64,000 nucleotides of DNA from Lama guanicoe (taxonomy: Eukaryota). Numbering within the stretch: the stretch's first letter is position 1; the number at the start of each line of letters is the position of its first letter. The stretch covers positions 967,168-1,031,167 of the forward strand of contig MU053482.1 of the NCBI GenBank assembly GCA_013239625.1, given 5' to 3'. Of this stretch, positions 24,938-37,330 are shown in pieces. The position numbers and the translations under genes are program-made. The notes below the pieces were generated by a model, which did no database searches, had not been told where the DNA came from, and worked only from the letters and a program-made list of their open reading frames with translations.

Positions 24938-25996
24938 AGCAAATTGGTTTTGGAATCAAAGCTTATTTATAAATCTCAGCTTTGCCACTTAGTGACACTT
25001 AGATAAACTTAGTGAAGCTATTTAGCAATCTTCCCAAACCCTCAGTTTTCACAACTGTAAAGGACAGGAAATAATAATTTTCCTCATAATGGGATGAGTG
25101 TAAGAATTAAATGTTGTGTGTAAAAATGTAAATACCTAGCCATTATCTTTCATTCAGAAAATGCTGCTTCTTCTTATAATTATTTGTTTTATAACTTTGT
25201 ATGTGATTTCTTAAGCAGTTGGGAAGCAGTTTGTATGTTAAATCAGTCCATCTTCTTCATGACTTCCAGGTCTTATCCTTTCTAAGATAATAAAATACTG
25301 CTCTTTGGTTTCTTCTAATGTTTACAAAAATTAATGTTCTCCTTTTAGATTATCAAGCCACATGGAAGTTATTTTTTTGTGTTATAGAGATTTATCTTCA
25401 TCTTCTCCCAATAGCGAGCCAAATACCCAAATGCCATTTTTCCAATAATAAGTCGTTTTCATAGAAATGTCTTTAAATGTCTCTGTTTTAATATGAAAGT
25501 AATATTTTTACTTGGATGTGTTTCTGGACTCTCTTTTTTGTTCCCACTGATCTATTTCCTCATTTTTTACAATGATACCATGTTATTTAATTTTGTTAGT
25601 TGTCTGACAGTTTTTTTATGTCTGCCACTCAAGCCAGCATTTCTTTTTCTTCTTTACAACAGGTTCTCAATGGTTATTGTAGATTTGTGCTTTCAAATAA
25701 AATGTAGACTCAACTAGCCAAATCAGACTCTTAAGGCATGACTGCTCTCCTCATTTTTTTTTGTAGTATTTTACTGATCATTTAATCTCTTCATTGATTC
25801 AAAGAATATGTCCTCTTTAATTTCTTTGAGAATTTAAAAGTTTTGATTTCAAGTTTTTTTATTTGTTTCCATGTGCATGTCTCACATTATCTCCTATCTG
25901 CTAATCATTTATCTGAACTGGAGGAGGAGGGCTGCCACCTATAGCTGTGTAGTTATGCACTCCAGGAGGCATCCTTCATAGAGAGGCAGTGCAGGC

Positions 25997-26631
25997 TGTC
26001 GGCTGAAAAAATATACACAACCAAAAAGTTGAGAGTTAATGTTTTATTCAGGGATCTTACTGAGAACTATAGCCTGGGAAACAGCCTTTCAGATAGCTCT
26101 GAAGAACAGTTCCAAAGAGGTAAGGGAAGAGTCAGGAAATATAGGAGGTTTGCTAAAAATGAAACAAAGCAAAACATGTAATCAAACATCAAAAGTTATT
26201 GATAATCACAAAAAACAGACATCTCAAGTTAATGATTTTATTTTTATTTATTTAGATTTTTTGTGTGTGTTGAGGGGTTAGGTTTCATTTATTTATTTGT
26301 TTATTTGTTTAATGGAGGTGCTAGGGAGTGAACCCAGGACCTCATGCATGGTAAGCATGCGCTTTACCACTGAGCTATAAGATATATATATCTTCCCTCA
26401 TTCCAGTTAATGATTTTAGTATTTTTCTATGTATAGGAAGACACAAGAGTCTGGACTCACTGAAATGATTCCTTTGATGTGCATCTTAAGTATCTAGGGC
26501 TAGTATCCTCTTTTTCTCTATCCTGAATTCCCCTCAGGGACCACCACCAAGGGTGGCTGCAGTGGCTGATGGCTTGATGGCAGGAAACGTTCATTGTTTA
26601 TTGAAGTGGCAGGCAGTATTCTTTATCCACA
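25997..26631 (-). mobile_element. Solo ERV1-type LTR (MER41-like artiodactyl family), interrupted by a SINE
   Basis: TG...CA termini, minus-strand AATAAA (gttttattc) near one end, and the cagcctttcagatagctctgaagaacagttccaaagaggtaaggg motif. Confidence 0.75.
26241..26404 (-). mobile_element. Camelid SINE (Vic-1-like), long form
   Basis: tRNA-like head. Perfect 14-bp TSD agttaatgatttta at 26227-26240 and 26405-26418. Confidence 0.92.
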
Positions 26632-27249
26632 AGATCTCACAAAATTGATACACAGCAGACGTAGGGATCATTTGTATGGGTTCTTCTATTTACTCAAGAA
26701 CAGCCGGCTTTCATTCTCCTCCCTAGTAACCTGGACACTATTTAAAACGTGCCGCTATCGAGCTAGAGAATCATTTGTGTCACAGTTTGTAATCACTGTA
26801 CAGTATTTCAGTTATTGTCAGGGGTCAGGGAGCAAGGATTGGAACAACCAGTATACTGAGGCCACCTTAGCTGAGAAAGACTGTGTCACAGCGCTGTGGC
26901 AAAGACATTGACCTGAGCACACACCTGCTCTGTCCTGCCCAGCTCCTGTTGCCATTAGTTGTGACCCTGTGAGAAGCTGTCACCAAGGGTGAGCTCCGGT
27001 CATGGGTTTCACTGCCCAGATGAAGTGTTACGAGGCAGACAAGTCTTCTCCACTGTAGTGTAATGAAGTGTGTGTGTAGCCTTTGGCCTGGATTCCTGGC
27101 CCAGATTCCTGAAACCTCAGGCTCTCTTGAGGTCTGAATGTCTTCTGTATGCTTCTGAGTGGTTTCTGGCCAAAGGGGTGGGGAAGCTGACAGCTGCAGG
27201 ATGGGGGCTTTGGCCCATAATCTTCAGAGGTCACAAGTACACATGTAAT

Positions 27250-27520
27250 TCTAAACTGGATCCTTTTGCTGTTGGGACAGTTGGGAAAACTTAAATGGGA
27301 TCTGAGGCTTAGATGATATTAAAGTACCACAGTAGTTTCCTGACTTTCATGTTCATATTATGATTATTAAGGCCAGGTCATTGCTTGTAGAAAATACCCG
27401 AAAGTTTTCAGGGAAGATTGGGGCATCAAGTTGGCAATTCACTCTCAAAAGTTTTTTTTTTTTTCTGCGCTATACATGCTACTTTTCTGTAAGTTTGAAA
27501 TTATTTCAAAATAGAAAATA
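27250..27520 (+). mobile_element. Old L1 (L1MC/MD-like) 3' end
   Basis: Ends in acttttctgtaagtttgaaattatttcaaaatagaaa. Confidence 0.65.
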
Positions 27521-27787
27521 TATGCCAAAGAAAGAATAAAATGGTTTGTGGTTTGCCTATTATCATAAAATCTGCTACAGAACTTCCATATCCAGTCTCA
27601 GATGTGTTTCTGCGGTGCATGCTCACCATCCACAGCCGGGAGCATCTTCCTTTCTCAAACGGCTCACCAGGGCAGTGCTCACACTTGGCACATCTGCCCC
27701 CTCTTCAGTGCTGTTCATGGGACCATTTCTGGACTTGGGTGTACTCATTTTTAGAACCTGGATTTCAACCATCAGAAGAGAGAGGTG

Positions 27788-28180
27788 TAAAAATTAATAA
27801 ACAGAAATCTCAATTAAAATAGTCAGGAGGCCAGAAGGGAGAGCTCTCATGACCTCTGACCATAGCAGAGCCCAACAGGAAGAAAAAGGTTTTCCCCTTC
27901 TTGCCGGGCAAGAGCTTAGCCAATGAGAGACTCTCATAACTCAGCCAATGAAAAGCCACTGTACTTTGAACTCTAAATTCCCCCAGTGGACTCTTTATTG
28001 CCATAGCCCTCTGCAGCCCTCCCAGCTTCCGTTTCCCGCCACGAAGGAGCTCTCTTCTTGTTGGGTAGGACTTGCACGTGGCCTAACCATGGTTACAGAT
28101 CTCAAGTTGCAATTCTTTGCTGCTCTCAAGTAAGCCCATTTTTAGTGGAGAGGTAACTGGCAGTCTCTCTAAGGTCAGTA
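27788..28180 (+). mobile_element. Solo ERV1-type LTR
   Basis: Tandem CCAAT boxes (agccaatgag, agccaatgaa), U5-like gcaattctttgctgctc, and 4-bp TSD ggtg at 27784-27787 and 28181-28184. Confidence 0.72.
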
Positions 28181-28869
28181 GGTGTAAATGCTTCAGACAC
28201 ATTTCAGCACATCCTGTGTTCTTGTGGACAGAAATACGAGGCCAGGTTGTCACAGCTCTTAGCAGATATGATGTTATAATTTGTATTTTTTATCCCATTG
28301 CATTATATTTGATTCTCATGGAAATTTCTGTTTATTTTGTATGTTATAAATACTAAATGATGTTTCACTATGTATTTTATCACAAATATTCAGCCTATAA
28401 AGTTTATATATATATAAATATCTTATTTTGATAATGAAAACATTTGAAAATTATCAATAATTTCAAGTTTGCAAATGTATTTACCCTTAAGAAGTGAAAG
28501 ATAAATATTGCAACGTATTGCTGTAAACATAGTATACTCTGTGTGTAGGAAACAAAGTTATCTGCCAAGGAAAATACAGTATGTTTATTGCCATCTGCCT
28601 AGATAAGTAAAATATATATACAAATCAAGTAACTGAAGGGAAAATGAAAAAGCCAAAGATATTTCCCCAGATGTATTGAGGAAAGAATATGATTGCCCAA
28701 CTATTTGAGTACTTCCTTTGAAATGGAGGGGCTTATTAATTGAAGGATACACCTTGTAACTTGAACTAAATGTAATATGATTAGCACTATACGGTTGTTT
28801 AATGTAAAAGCTGGAAATATACCTCACTAGATCATAAAATAGGAAACCCATTCGACTACCTTTTTTGTC

Positions 28870-29665
28870 AGTATGATGGTCTAGCATGTGTCAACCTGTT
28901 TACACCATGACATCCCAGTTGACACCAAGGCAGCCCAATATGTTTGCCTACATGTACCATAATGGCCCCATATATGCCATATCAGCCCACAGTCCGTCAG
29001 TGCATGTGTACCATGCCAGTCCATTACACACTGCAACGGCCCCATACATCAATCTGCGTGCACCATGACAACCAAGTATCTATGACAGCACAGTGTATGT
29101 TAGCTTGTATGCACCCTGATTGAGACCATTTACACTGTGAAGGACCAACATGAGTCAGTCTCATGAGAGTCTTTTGTGACACTCTCATTTTTGCTGTCAC
29201 AGCCCAGAGTATGTCAGGATGTATGTATCATGACAGCCAACATAAACTGTGATAGTTCAGAATCTGTCAGCTGGCATGCAGTGACAGCCTTCTGCCTGGA
29301 GAGCTCAGTATCTACCATGACAGCTTCACAAGAACCACAGTAGCCATTTTACGCGAGGGGGCAGGCATTTTGTGTCAGTCTGTGTGTATTGTGACTGCCC
29401 AGGAGATGTTATAGTATCTTAGCAGACCAGTATGCAACTTGACAGCCCAGCAGGTTTCAGCCTGCCTGTGTTCTAACAGTCCTTATACCCTGTGACAGCG
29501 CAGGACTTGTCAGCCTGAACGCTCGATTGCAGGCACTGCACAGCATAACAGCCTAACACAAGCTATTCTGCATGTGCAGTGACAAATACAGACTGTGACC
29601 ATCTTGTGTACCAAAGCCCACGTGGACCAGGACGATCAGTACCTACTGTGACAGCTCACGATGTG
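28870..29665. repeat. Degenerate higher-order tandem repeat (alternating ~34-bp and ~20-bp units, period ~52-54 bp)
   Basis: Units begin with catgacagccc/tgtgacagc variants; long units add tgtcagcctgtrtgyac. Aligned by eye. Confidence 0.8.
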
Positions 29666-30007
29666 CCTTTCATTCCATGCAGGTTGGCATGGTGTCCACA
29701 TGTGTGTACGCTTGGGCATATGCTTAATTTACCTAGGCTGGTTCCACCTGCATTTCTTTCCATTGCATTGGTAATGTTTTAGATTACTTGCTTCCTACTC
29801 CCATTTCCTTCAAGTGGCTGTCTCCTTTTCTGTAACATCTCTCAGCATTTGCCTTTCCTATTCTAAAATGCTGCAACAGCCTATTAACCATCTTAGATTC
29901 TTTTTTTGAACTAAGGTGCAGTATAAATAAGTTAGTAAATAAGGTCTTTTTGGGAGCTGACAAATTTTACAGACTTACCTCCTTTCCTCTCCTTTGGTTG
30001 TCTACAG

Positions 30008-30240
30008 CTACAGTATCATCATTCTCATCATCCTCCTCCTCCTTGTCATCACACATACACCCATGTATGCAACTACACATCTTTCAGAACACTCAAGGTT
30101 TCCCAGTGCTAAAGAAACGACTAGCATCACTGCCATCACCTCCCATGTTTTCCTTCAACTTTTCATTGAAACCCACTTTGTATTCCACTTTGCTCCGTGC
30201 TGTGAACGCCACTCTTCACTTTCCCGCCTCTGGACCTTAG
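30008..30240 (+). CDS. Candidate terminal coding exon of an unidentified gene
   Basis: Polypyrimidine acceptor cctttcctctcctttggttgtctacag. Open as TVSSFSSSSSSLSSHIHPCMQ...LHFPASGP*, in phase with exon 5884-5942. AATAAA at 30804. No homolog recognised. Confidence 0.25.
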
Positions 30241-30799
30241 TTTGCCCTATGTCCTCTCGGTACAATGTACGTCTCTGAACATCTCCTTAAAAGTTTGAGA
30301 TCCTTCACTCTTTCTGCCCAATTTTCCCCTTTAATTGACTCAGATATTTGGATATCTGACGGGAATACTATTTCACTAAAAGAATAGAGCTCACATTAAG
30401 CATTTAGTTCTAATTGCAAGGGATTTTAGAGCTATATTGATCCAGCACAATTTCGTCTAATAAGTGGCACTCCTCTCTTCTCCATTTTCAATTTCAAAAG
30501 GGAAGATTTCTCTATTTGAATATACCTATAAGCTAGGCAGTATTCTAGGAGGCATGCATGATTTACTAAGGCGATTTTCATTAACTTGTAATAGGACGAA
30601 AGTGAGTGGTTATACCTACTCCAAATCATTGGAATCAGTTTTTAAAACCTCCCTACCCTTTGGGAGAAATCATTATTATTCACAAGTCTTGTGTATAACC
30701 AATATTTTATTCCGGTAATTAAAAAATCTGTCTACTGTAATAGCTCGTAATTTAGTGAATCTCAGACCCTACTAATAATTTTTAGTGTTCTATTCAGTA

Positions 30800-30950
30800 C
30801 ACTAATAAATTTGAACTTCAACTCTACCACTTACTTAACAGCTCTTTGAATGTGGGCCAGATAGAATCCCTAAGCCTCAGGTTTTTCATTTGTAATGTAA
30901 GAAAGTTGATAATACCTCTCTTATAGTATTGTGAGAGTTAAATGAGAACA
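30800..30950 (+). mobile_element. MIR SINE
   Basis: MIR core: taagcctcaggtttttcatttgtaatg...ataatacctctcttatagtattgtgagagttaaatgaga. Confidence 0.8.
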
Positions 30951-32900
30951 TTTATTCACTCAACAAATATGATTGAATACCTGCTACATGCCAGTAACCG
31001 TTCTTAGAGCTGGAGGTATATTGATAAACAAAATAAGAAAAAAAATTCCCTGCCCTAAAGAAAGTTGCATTTCTAGTAAACAGCAAGAATTACAATATAT
31101 TAGAAGTCTTATGGAGACACAGAGCAAGTTAAGAGACTGTGAGTTCTGGGGTGAAGGTGAGGGAAGTTATCACCAAGAAAGTAACATTTCAACAAAGTTT
31201 GGAAACAATGCAATGGACTAAACCAGACAAACACCTGTAAGGAGTGTGCTGCAGGTCTGGGGACCGGCCTTTACAATGCCCTCAAGGTCAAGGAACCTTA
31301 AGCATGCTCAAGGAATGGCAAGGAGACCAGTGTGGCTGGAGAAGAGTGGGTAGGAGGGAAGGAAGGAGATGACATCAGGCAGGTAACAGAGGCCTTGATC
31401 TGGCCGTGTTATTAGTCATTGCAAGAATCTTGGCTTTAGTCTGAATGAGATGAAAGGCCAGTGGAGATTTTCCAGCAGAGAGTGACATGATCTCATCTAA
31501 ATTTGAATAGAAATACATTGGCTCCGTGTTGAGAATGAATAATAGAAGAGCAAGGGACTATTTGGGAAGCAGGAGACCAGTTAGAAGGCTCATCCGTATG
31601 AGAAGTTTAATAAAAGAGAATGTGGAGAGGTGTGGTCAGAGCCTAGATGTGTCTGGAACACAGATCTGAAAGGATTTACTGATGAAAGATGTGAAATAGG
31701 AAGGATAGAGGAAAATAAGTGATGGCTGCCAGGTTTTGGCTTAAGCAGTGAGAAGGATGCCATTAGCTGCGACAGTCTAGAGTACAGTGAAGCAGAATGA
31801 GCCAGACAAGAGCAGAAGCTCAGTTCTAGCCATGATAAATCAGGGTGCCCATTCGACATTCAAGTGTGGATGCTGAGAAAGCAATTGGATATATAAGTCT
31901 AGGGTTCAGGGGAGAGACATCAATTTAGGAGTTGTCCTTTTATAGATGATATTTAAAGCCATGAGACAAGTCCCCAGTGGAGGAATGTAAATAGAGAAAA
32001 ACCATGACTGAGCCCTGAGCTACTCCAGCATTGAGAAATCAAGACTGAAAGAGGAACCAACACAGGATGCTAAGCAGTGGTCAGGACAGGTGGCGAGAAA
32101 CCAGGAGAAACCAGTGATATTGGAAGCCAATTGTTCAATACTGCTGGTTAGTCAAGTAACATGAGGCTGTGGAATTAAATTCGGATCAAATGGATTTTAT
32201 ATATGGAATTAAACTTTGAATTATTGGATTTGGCAACAATGAGGTCATTATTGATCTTGAAAAGAGTAATTTTGGTGGAGTGGTAGAGGCAGAGTCTGAG
32301 CGAATGAGTTTAAGAAAGAGTAGAAAGAACTGTATGCAGTAAGAGTACACAGCTCCTTAATTGTTTTTTTTTCCCCTGTAAGCTGAGCGGAAAAAGGGCA
32401 TAGTAGCTGGAAACAGAAGTAGGCTTAAGAGAGTGTTTTTTTTTCTCCTTTAATAAGGTAAATAATAGTATGTTTATAAGCTGATAAGGAAGTTCCAGAA
32501 GAGAGGGAAATTATTTTAGGAGTAAAAGAGAGTCACAAGAGTGATGCCGTTGAATGACAAGAAAGGATGCGATCTTCCACGTCTAGCGGTGTTCTTGAGC
32601 CCTGCTCAAACAGGCTCCCAAGAGCAGATCATAAGCATCTCTTCCCAACTCCAGTTCAGTAACTTCACGTTGGTAGCTTGAAATAGGCCATAGTGGAACT
32701 ATTTATACCACCGAAACCAGTGGATGCTACAAATCCAGGCATTTTCCCCCAGGAGAGTAGGCTGTTAAACATTTATCAGCGTACTATTGAGTCCATCAGT
32801 GGAGCAGATGGCCTTAGATAAGCACAGGAAGTATTCATCTATACAAGAGAATGAAGAGAATGAGTAAAGGTGCAGATTCTGGTAGATGGAGAGATGTTTG
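30950..32900 (-). mobile_element. Long L2 LINE fragment, interrupted by MER63
   Basis: Starts with the L2 3' end catttattcactcaacaaatatgattgaatacctgcta. Internal L2 motifs include gcaaggagaccagtgtggctgga and ttggatttggcaacaatgaggtcatt. Confidence 0.85.
32583..32789 (+). mobile_element. MER63-like hAT-Blackjack MITE
   Basis: catctcttcccaactccagttcagtaacttcacgttggtagcttgaaataggccatagtgg matches recalled MER63. Confidence 0.82.
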
Positions 32901-35591
32901 GAACAGCTGGTGCCAGTGACTAGCATGCGCTGATTATTATGTTTATCGCTTTATTCAGTCATACCACATTGCCTCTAGCTTCAACAATGCTCCCAGGATT
33001 GTAGCACAGCACTGTGCCTTTGAAAGGAGGAAGATAAAATATCCAGTCTCTGCAGACTAAAGCTTTAAGCTCATTTAGTCACTAATTTATTCATTCAATA
33101 AACATTTATTGAGTATCTATTCAGTGCTCCAAATTAGGCCTTAGATTTAATTAAATAAATCCGATAAATATTTAATAAGAAATGACAATAGGCAAAATAT
33201 TTTAGTGGGTACAGTAAAAGACCAAAGATGAATCCTATTTAAAAAAAGATTAAATTTATACATAAGTTCTAAAACCAGTAAGTGTATGTTGTTTGGTGTA
33301 AACATATAAAACACATCAGTGGCCAAAATGCTTATAGCAGAAATAAGTCTATAATACATAATTTTTTGAATTTTAGGCATAGGATAAGCATCACTTATAA
33401 ATATGCATTTTATTTTTTAATAATTTACTGAGAATCTAATTCTAGCCATTTGGAAACAAACTGCTGAAGGAATCGAAAAGCCAGGAGAAGGTTTAAACCA
33501 GTTGTTTTCTAATCCTTATCCTACTAGACTTGTCTGTAGCATACTGCCTTTTTAGGAAATATTTTTATTCCATTTTTTGAAGCTCTCTCCACTTGGTTTC
33601 TGTAATCACATCATATTTTGGCTCTTCTATATTGCTGACCTCTATTTTGAAGGAAAAAGGTCTTCTTCCTCTGCCCTCTCATATTATTTTTTTGTATCCC
33701 AAGAGTACAGCCTTTCTTGACCTCTTTTCTTTGCATGATGTTCCTGGGCAATCGTATCCATGCAATTTCAACTTCAAGTATTACCTACATGCAGACAAAT
33801 AATAGGTGTGTCTTCCACTTTGTAAATATCCTGTGCTCCAGAGCTGTGCATCCCAACCAGCCACTTGAAATCCCCCTCATGATGTGTCTTAGACACCTTA
33901 AACTCAATTCATTCACCTCCTAGAAACCAAGGAATTACCTGAATTCCTCCTCTCTCCCCCTACTACATCTGCTCAGACATCCTGTTCTGTTACTTCTCCC
34001 TTTAGTATTCATTGTCCCTGCTAATTCCTTAGTTCAGAATAATTAATATTATTATTTTTACCTAGGTTATTGCTAATAGTTCCTATTTTAGTTTACCTGT
34101 TTCCAATTCTTTTTCCCTTTTATCAGAATTATATTTCCAAGGTATTGATCTGACCAGATCACATTCCTTCTTAAAATTCTGCAACTATATCTATCCTAAG
34201 GATATAATGTAATTTTAAAACAAATGCAAATACATTATGCATATGTTAATCATAGTGAATTAGTGAAAAATGGAAATGACATAAATTTTTCAACAGTAAG
34301 GGAATGGGTAAGTTGAATATAATGTATCCATTGAATGGGCTATCCAGCCACCAACAGTAATAATTTTCCAGAAAACTACAGCAGACTGAATCTAAAGGAT
34401 GCGTATTAGAACTAGTGCAAACGTATGTTCTCATTTTTCCTACAGCCCAGACAGACGTATTCTGACTTAATACCACAAGAAAAATCACTTCATGCTCATG
34501 GAAGGTGCATGCAGTTTCAGTAAGAGCTCAGAAACTCTGCAGATTTTATCCTAGTTCCATTCTAAAATTCCATAAAGTCATCACTGAACTTTTGTACCTC
34601 TTGCTCTTGCTTTTTTCATCACTGATTTTTGTCTCCTGAACCCATACCCCAAATTTAATATCCAATTCTAGTCCCATTGGATTTTAACAAATTAAGGACA
34701 GGTCCTTCTGGCCCTCTTCAGGGTTCATGTTCCCAGGTGGGCTTTATGTATGCTTTTGTTTTTGGTGCCCTCTGCCCCTATTTTTTTTTAGTAAAGATTT
34801 CCTTGCTCTAGTCCCTAGTTCTATATAGTACAGTACATCTTTGGAATTCATACATAAAATTCTGAATTCTGAGTCTTCCATTACTCACTCACACAAGGTA
34901 ATAGGTGAGAAATGGTCCCTGTACTACCCCTGCAAAAGGAAATGCAGCACCATTACGTGAGAATGTGAAGTGACGCAGACAGGAAACTGCGATCTATCAC
35001 TACATAATTGACAACTATGAAGTTTAAACTCCTGGTAGAGGATTTACAAGGACTGCAGGAAAAGGTATTCCTGACCCTTCCTCAATCTCCTTCCTAAGAT
35101 TGATTTGAGGTGGATGAGGTGGAGGGAAGGGAAGGGATGTCCATAAGAAATGCCCAGACTTTCTCCTATATGAATGACCTAGAGTTTGTAGGGAGCCCTG
35201 AAAGAGAGACTTTTCTTGCTGGCAGGGTATCTAAGGAGAATGAATAGTAAGTGGGCGGTCTGCATCTCCAGTAAAGGGAAGTTCCTTTTAATGGGATGCA
35301 CAGGATTCTGAAACTCAAAGTGTAATATAGTTGACATCCTATATATCCTATACGAATCCTATATTCTAAATATCCTATATTCGGCAAATACTGAATGCTA
35401 AAAGAAATAAACATTTCTCTCTGGCAACATAAAGAAAGAAGTTGGAGCCTTCTTATATGGAGCCAGCATTTATCTTGCTGATTTGGCATCTAGAAAGAAA
35501 CCTCTCTGTCTCGTGGATTGAGCAAAGACTTCTTTTTTTCTCATGGCTGTAGACTATCATACCACTTAGGGGAAGGGAAAGTGTGACCTTA

Positions 35592-36324
35592 TTTTTTTAA
35601 CTGAAATATAATTGATTTACAGTATTATATTAGTTTCAGGTGTGTAGCACAGTGGTTCAGTATTTTTGTATATTATACTCCATTATAAGTTATTACAAGG
35701 TAATGGCTATAATTCCCTGTGCTGTATATACAATATGTCCTTATTGCTTATCTATTTTATACAAAGTAGTTTGTATCTGTTAATCTCATGCCCCTAATTT
35801 GTCACTCCCCCGTTAACTCTCCCCTTTGGTAACCACAAGTTTGGTTTCTATATCTGTGAGTCTGTTTCTGTTTTGCATATACATTCATTTGTATTATCTT
35901 TTAGATTCCACATATAAGTGATATCATACAGTATTTGTTTTTCCCTGTCTGGCTTATTTCACTAAGCATGATATTCTCTAGGTCCATCCACATTGTTGCA
36001 AATGGCAGAATTTCATTATTTCAGTGACTGAGCATTATTCCATTGTATATATGTATGTATTACATCTTCTTTATCTATTCATCTGTTGATAGGCTCTTAG
36101 GTTGCTTCTGTGTCTTGGCTATCATAAATAGTATTGTTATGAACATTGGGGTCTTACATCTTTTTGAATTAGAGTTTTCATTTTTTTTCTGGATATATAC
36201 CCAGGAGTAGAACTGCTGGATCATATGGTAGTTCTGTTTTTTGTTTTTTAAGGAATCTCAGACTATTTCCCATTGTGGCTGCACCAGTTTACATTCCCCA
36301 CCAGCAGTATATAAGAGTTCCCTT
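35592..36324 (-). mobile_element. 5'-truncated artiodactyl-type L1 3' end
   Basis: Poly-T followed by aactgaaatataattgatttacag...tttagattccacatataagtgatatcatacagtatttg. Flanks ggaaagtgtg / ggaaagatgtg. Confidence 0.9.
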
Positions 36325-37079
36325 TGGAAAGATGTGTTCTGTTCACCACTGGATCCCCAGAGGCCAGCACAGCATCTGGCACATAGGTGGTCAAGAATAT
36401 TTGTTGAATGAATGACGTGATGACTGTCTCTGCCCCGGGGCCTGTGTCCTATTCCAAGGATGTCGTTACATGTGTGAAGGTTTCTGTCTCTGCACAGAGA
36501 CAGGTATATTCTTGCCTGATTATAGCCTTTCCCAGGTAATGTTATTAGGTCTAGCCATCTGATTGTCCATGCTGCCGGGGTCCCACGGTGGACCTCTTCA
36601 GTCTCCTGTGGTAGAGCTTGTTTTCACCAGGTTACCAGTGATCTCCTAGTGGCCAAACCAAACTAATTTCTCAGATCTTTCTATACACGTGACCCTAATC
36701 CTTCTTGAAATCTTCTCATGCTTTAACTACATCTCTGAATTTTATTTTCAAAAATATATGCCCCAATCCAGATTTCTCTCTTAAATTGAATCCCAAATAT
36801 CCCAATTAACTGTCCAAGAATCTCAGATTCATTGTGTCCAAAATTTGGCTTATAATCATCCCCTCAGACAAGCTCCTTGTCCTGTATTTGTCATCTTGGT
36901 TACTTAGCGGAATTAATTATATTGTGTTTGTTTCCCTTTTCTCATTTGATTTCGAAGTTCTGTAACCTATTTCAAGTTTTCTACTGGTTTCCTTAATTTA
37001 AATAAGCATTTTGAACCTTTGTTTTTCCCTGCTGCTGTTAATAATGAACTAGCAACTATGTTTCTGCCCTCTCAATGGT

Positions 37080-37330
37080 ATAACAGCAATGCTGATGGCA
37101 GATTATATTTACTGAGTACCTACTATGTGCCAAGTACTCTTCTAAGCCTTTTATGTACTAGTTTATTTGTTTTTCTCAGTAACCCTATGAAGCAGATGCC
37201 ATTATCAATCCTATTACACTGAGGAGGAAATCAAGGCACGAGAGGTTAAAATACTTTGCTCTTGATTATAATAGCTAGAAAGTGATGAAGCAGCAGTTAA
37301 GCTTGAGAATCTGCACTTGAATTTGTCCCT
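37080..37330 (-). mobile_element. MIR SINE
   Basis: atttactgagtacctactatgtgccaag...aaccctatgaagcag...gaggaaatcaaggcacgagaggttaa. Confidence 0.8.

Noticed and set aside
28870..29665. CRISPR array or coding repeat (ORFs 28886..29068 and 29579..29782)
   Set aside because: The context is eukaryotic, there are no identical repeats with unique spacers and no cas genes. Unit lengths vary by non-multiples of three and stops interrupt the frames.
35335..35385. Short degenerate atcctatat repeat (also small duplications near 41871-41890 and 49895-49912)
   Set aside because: Ordinary slippage duplications with no further structure.
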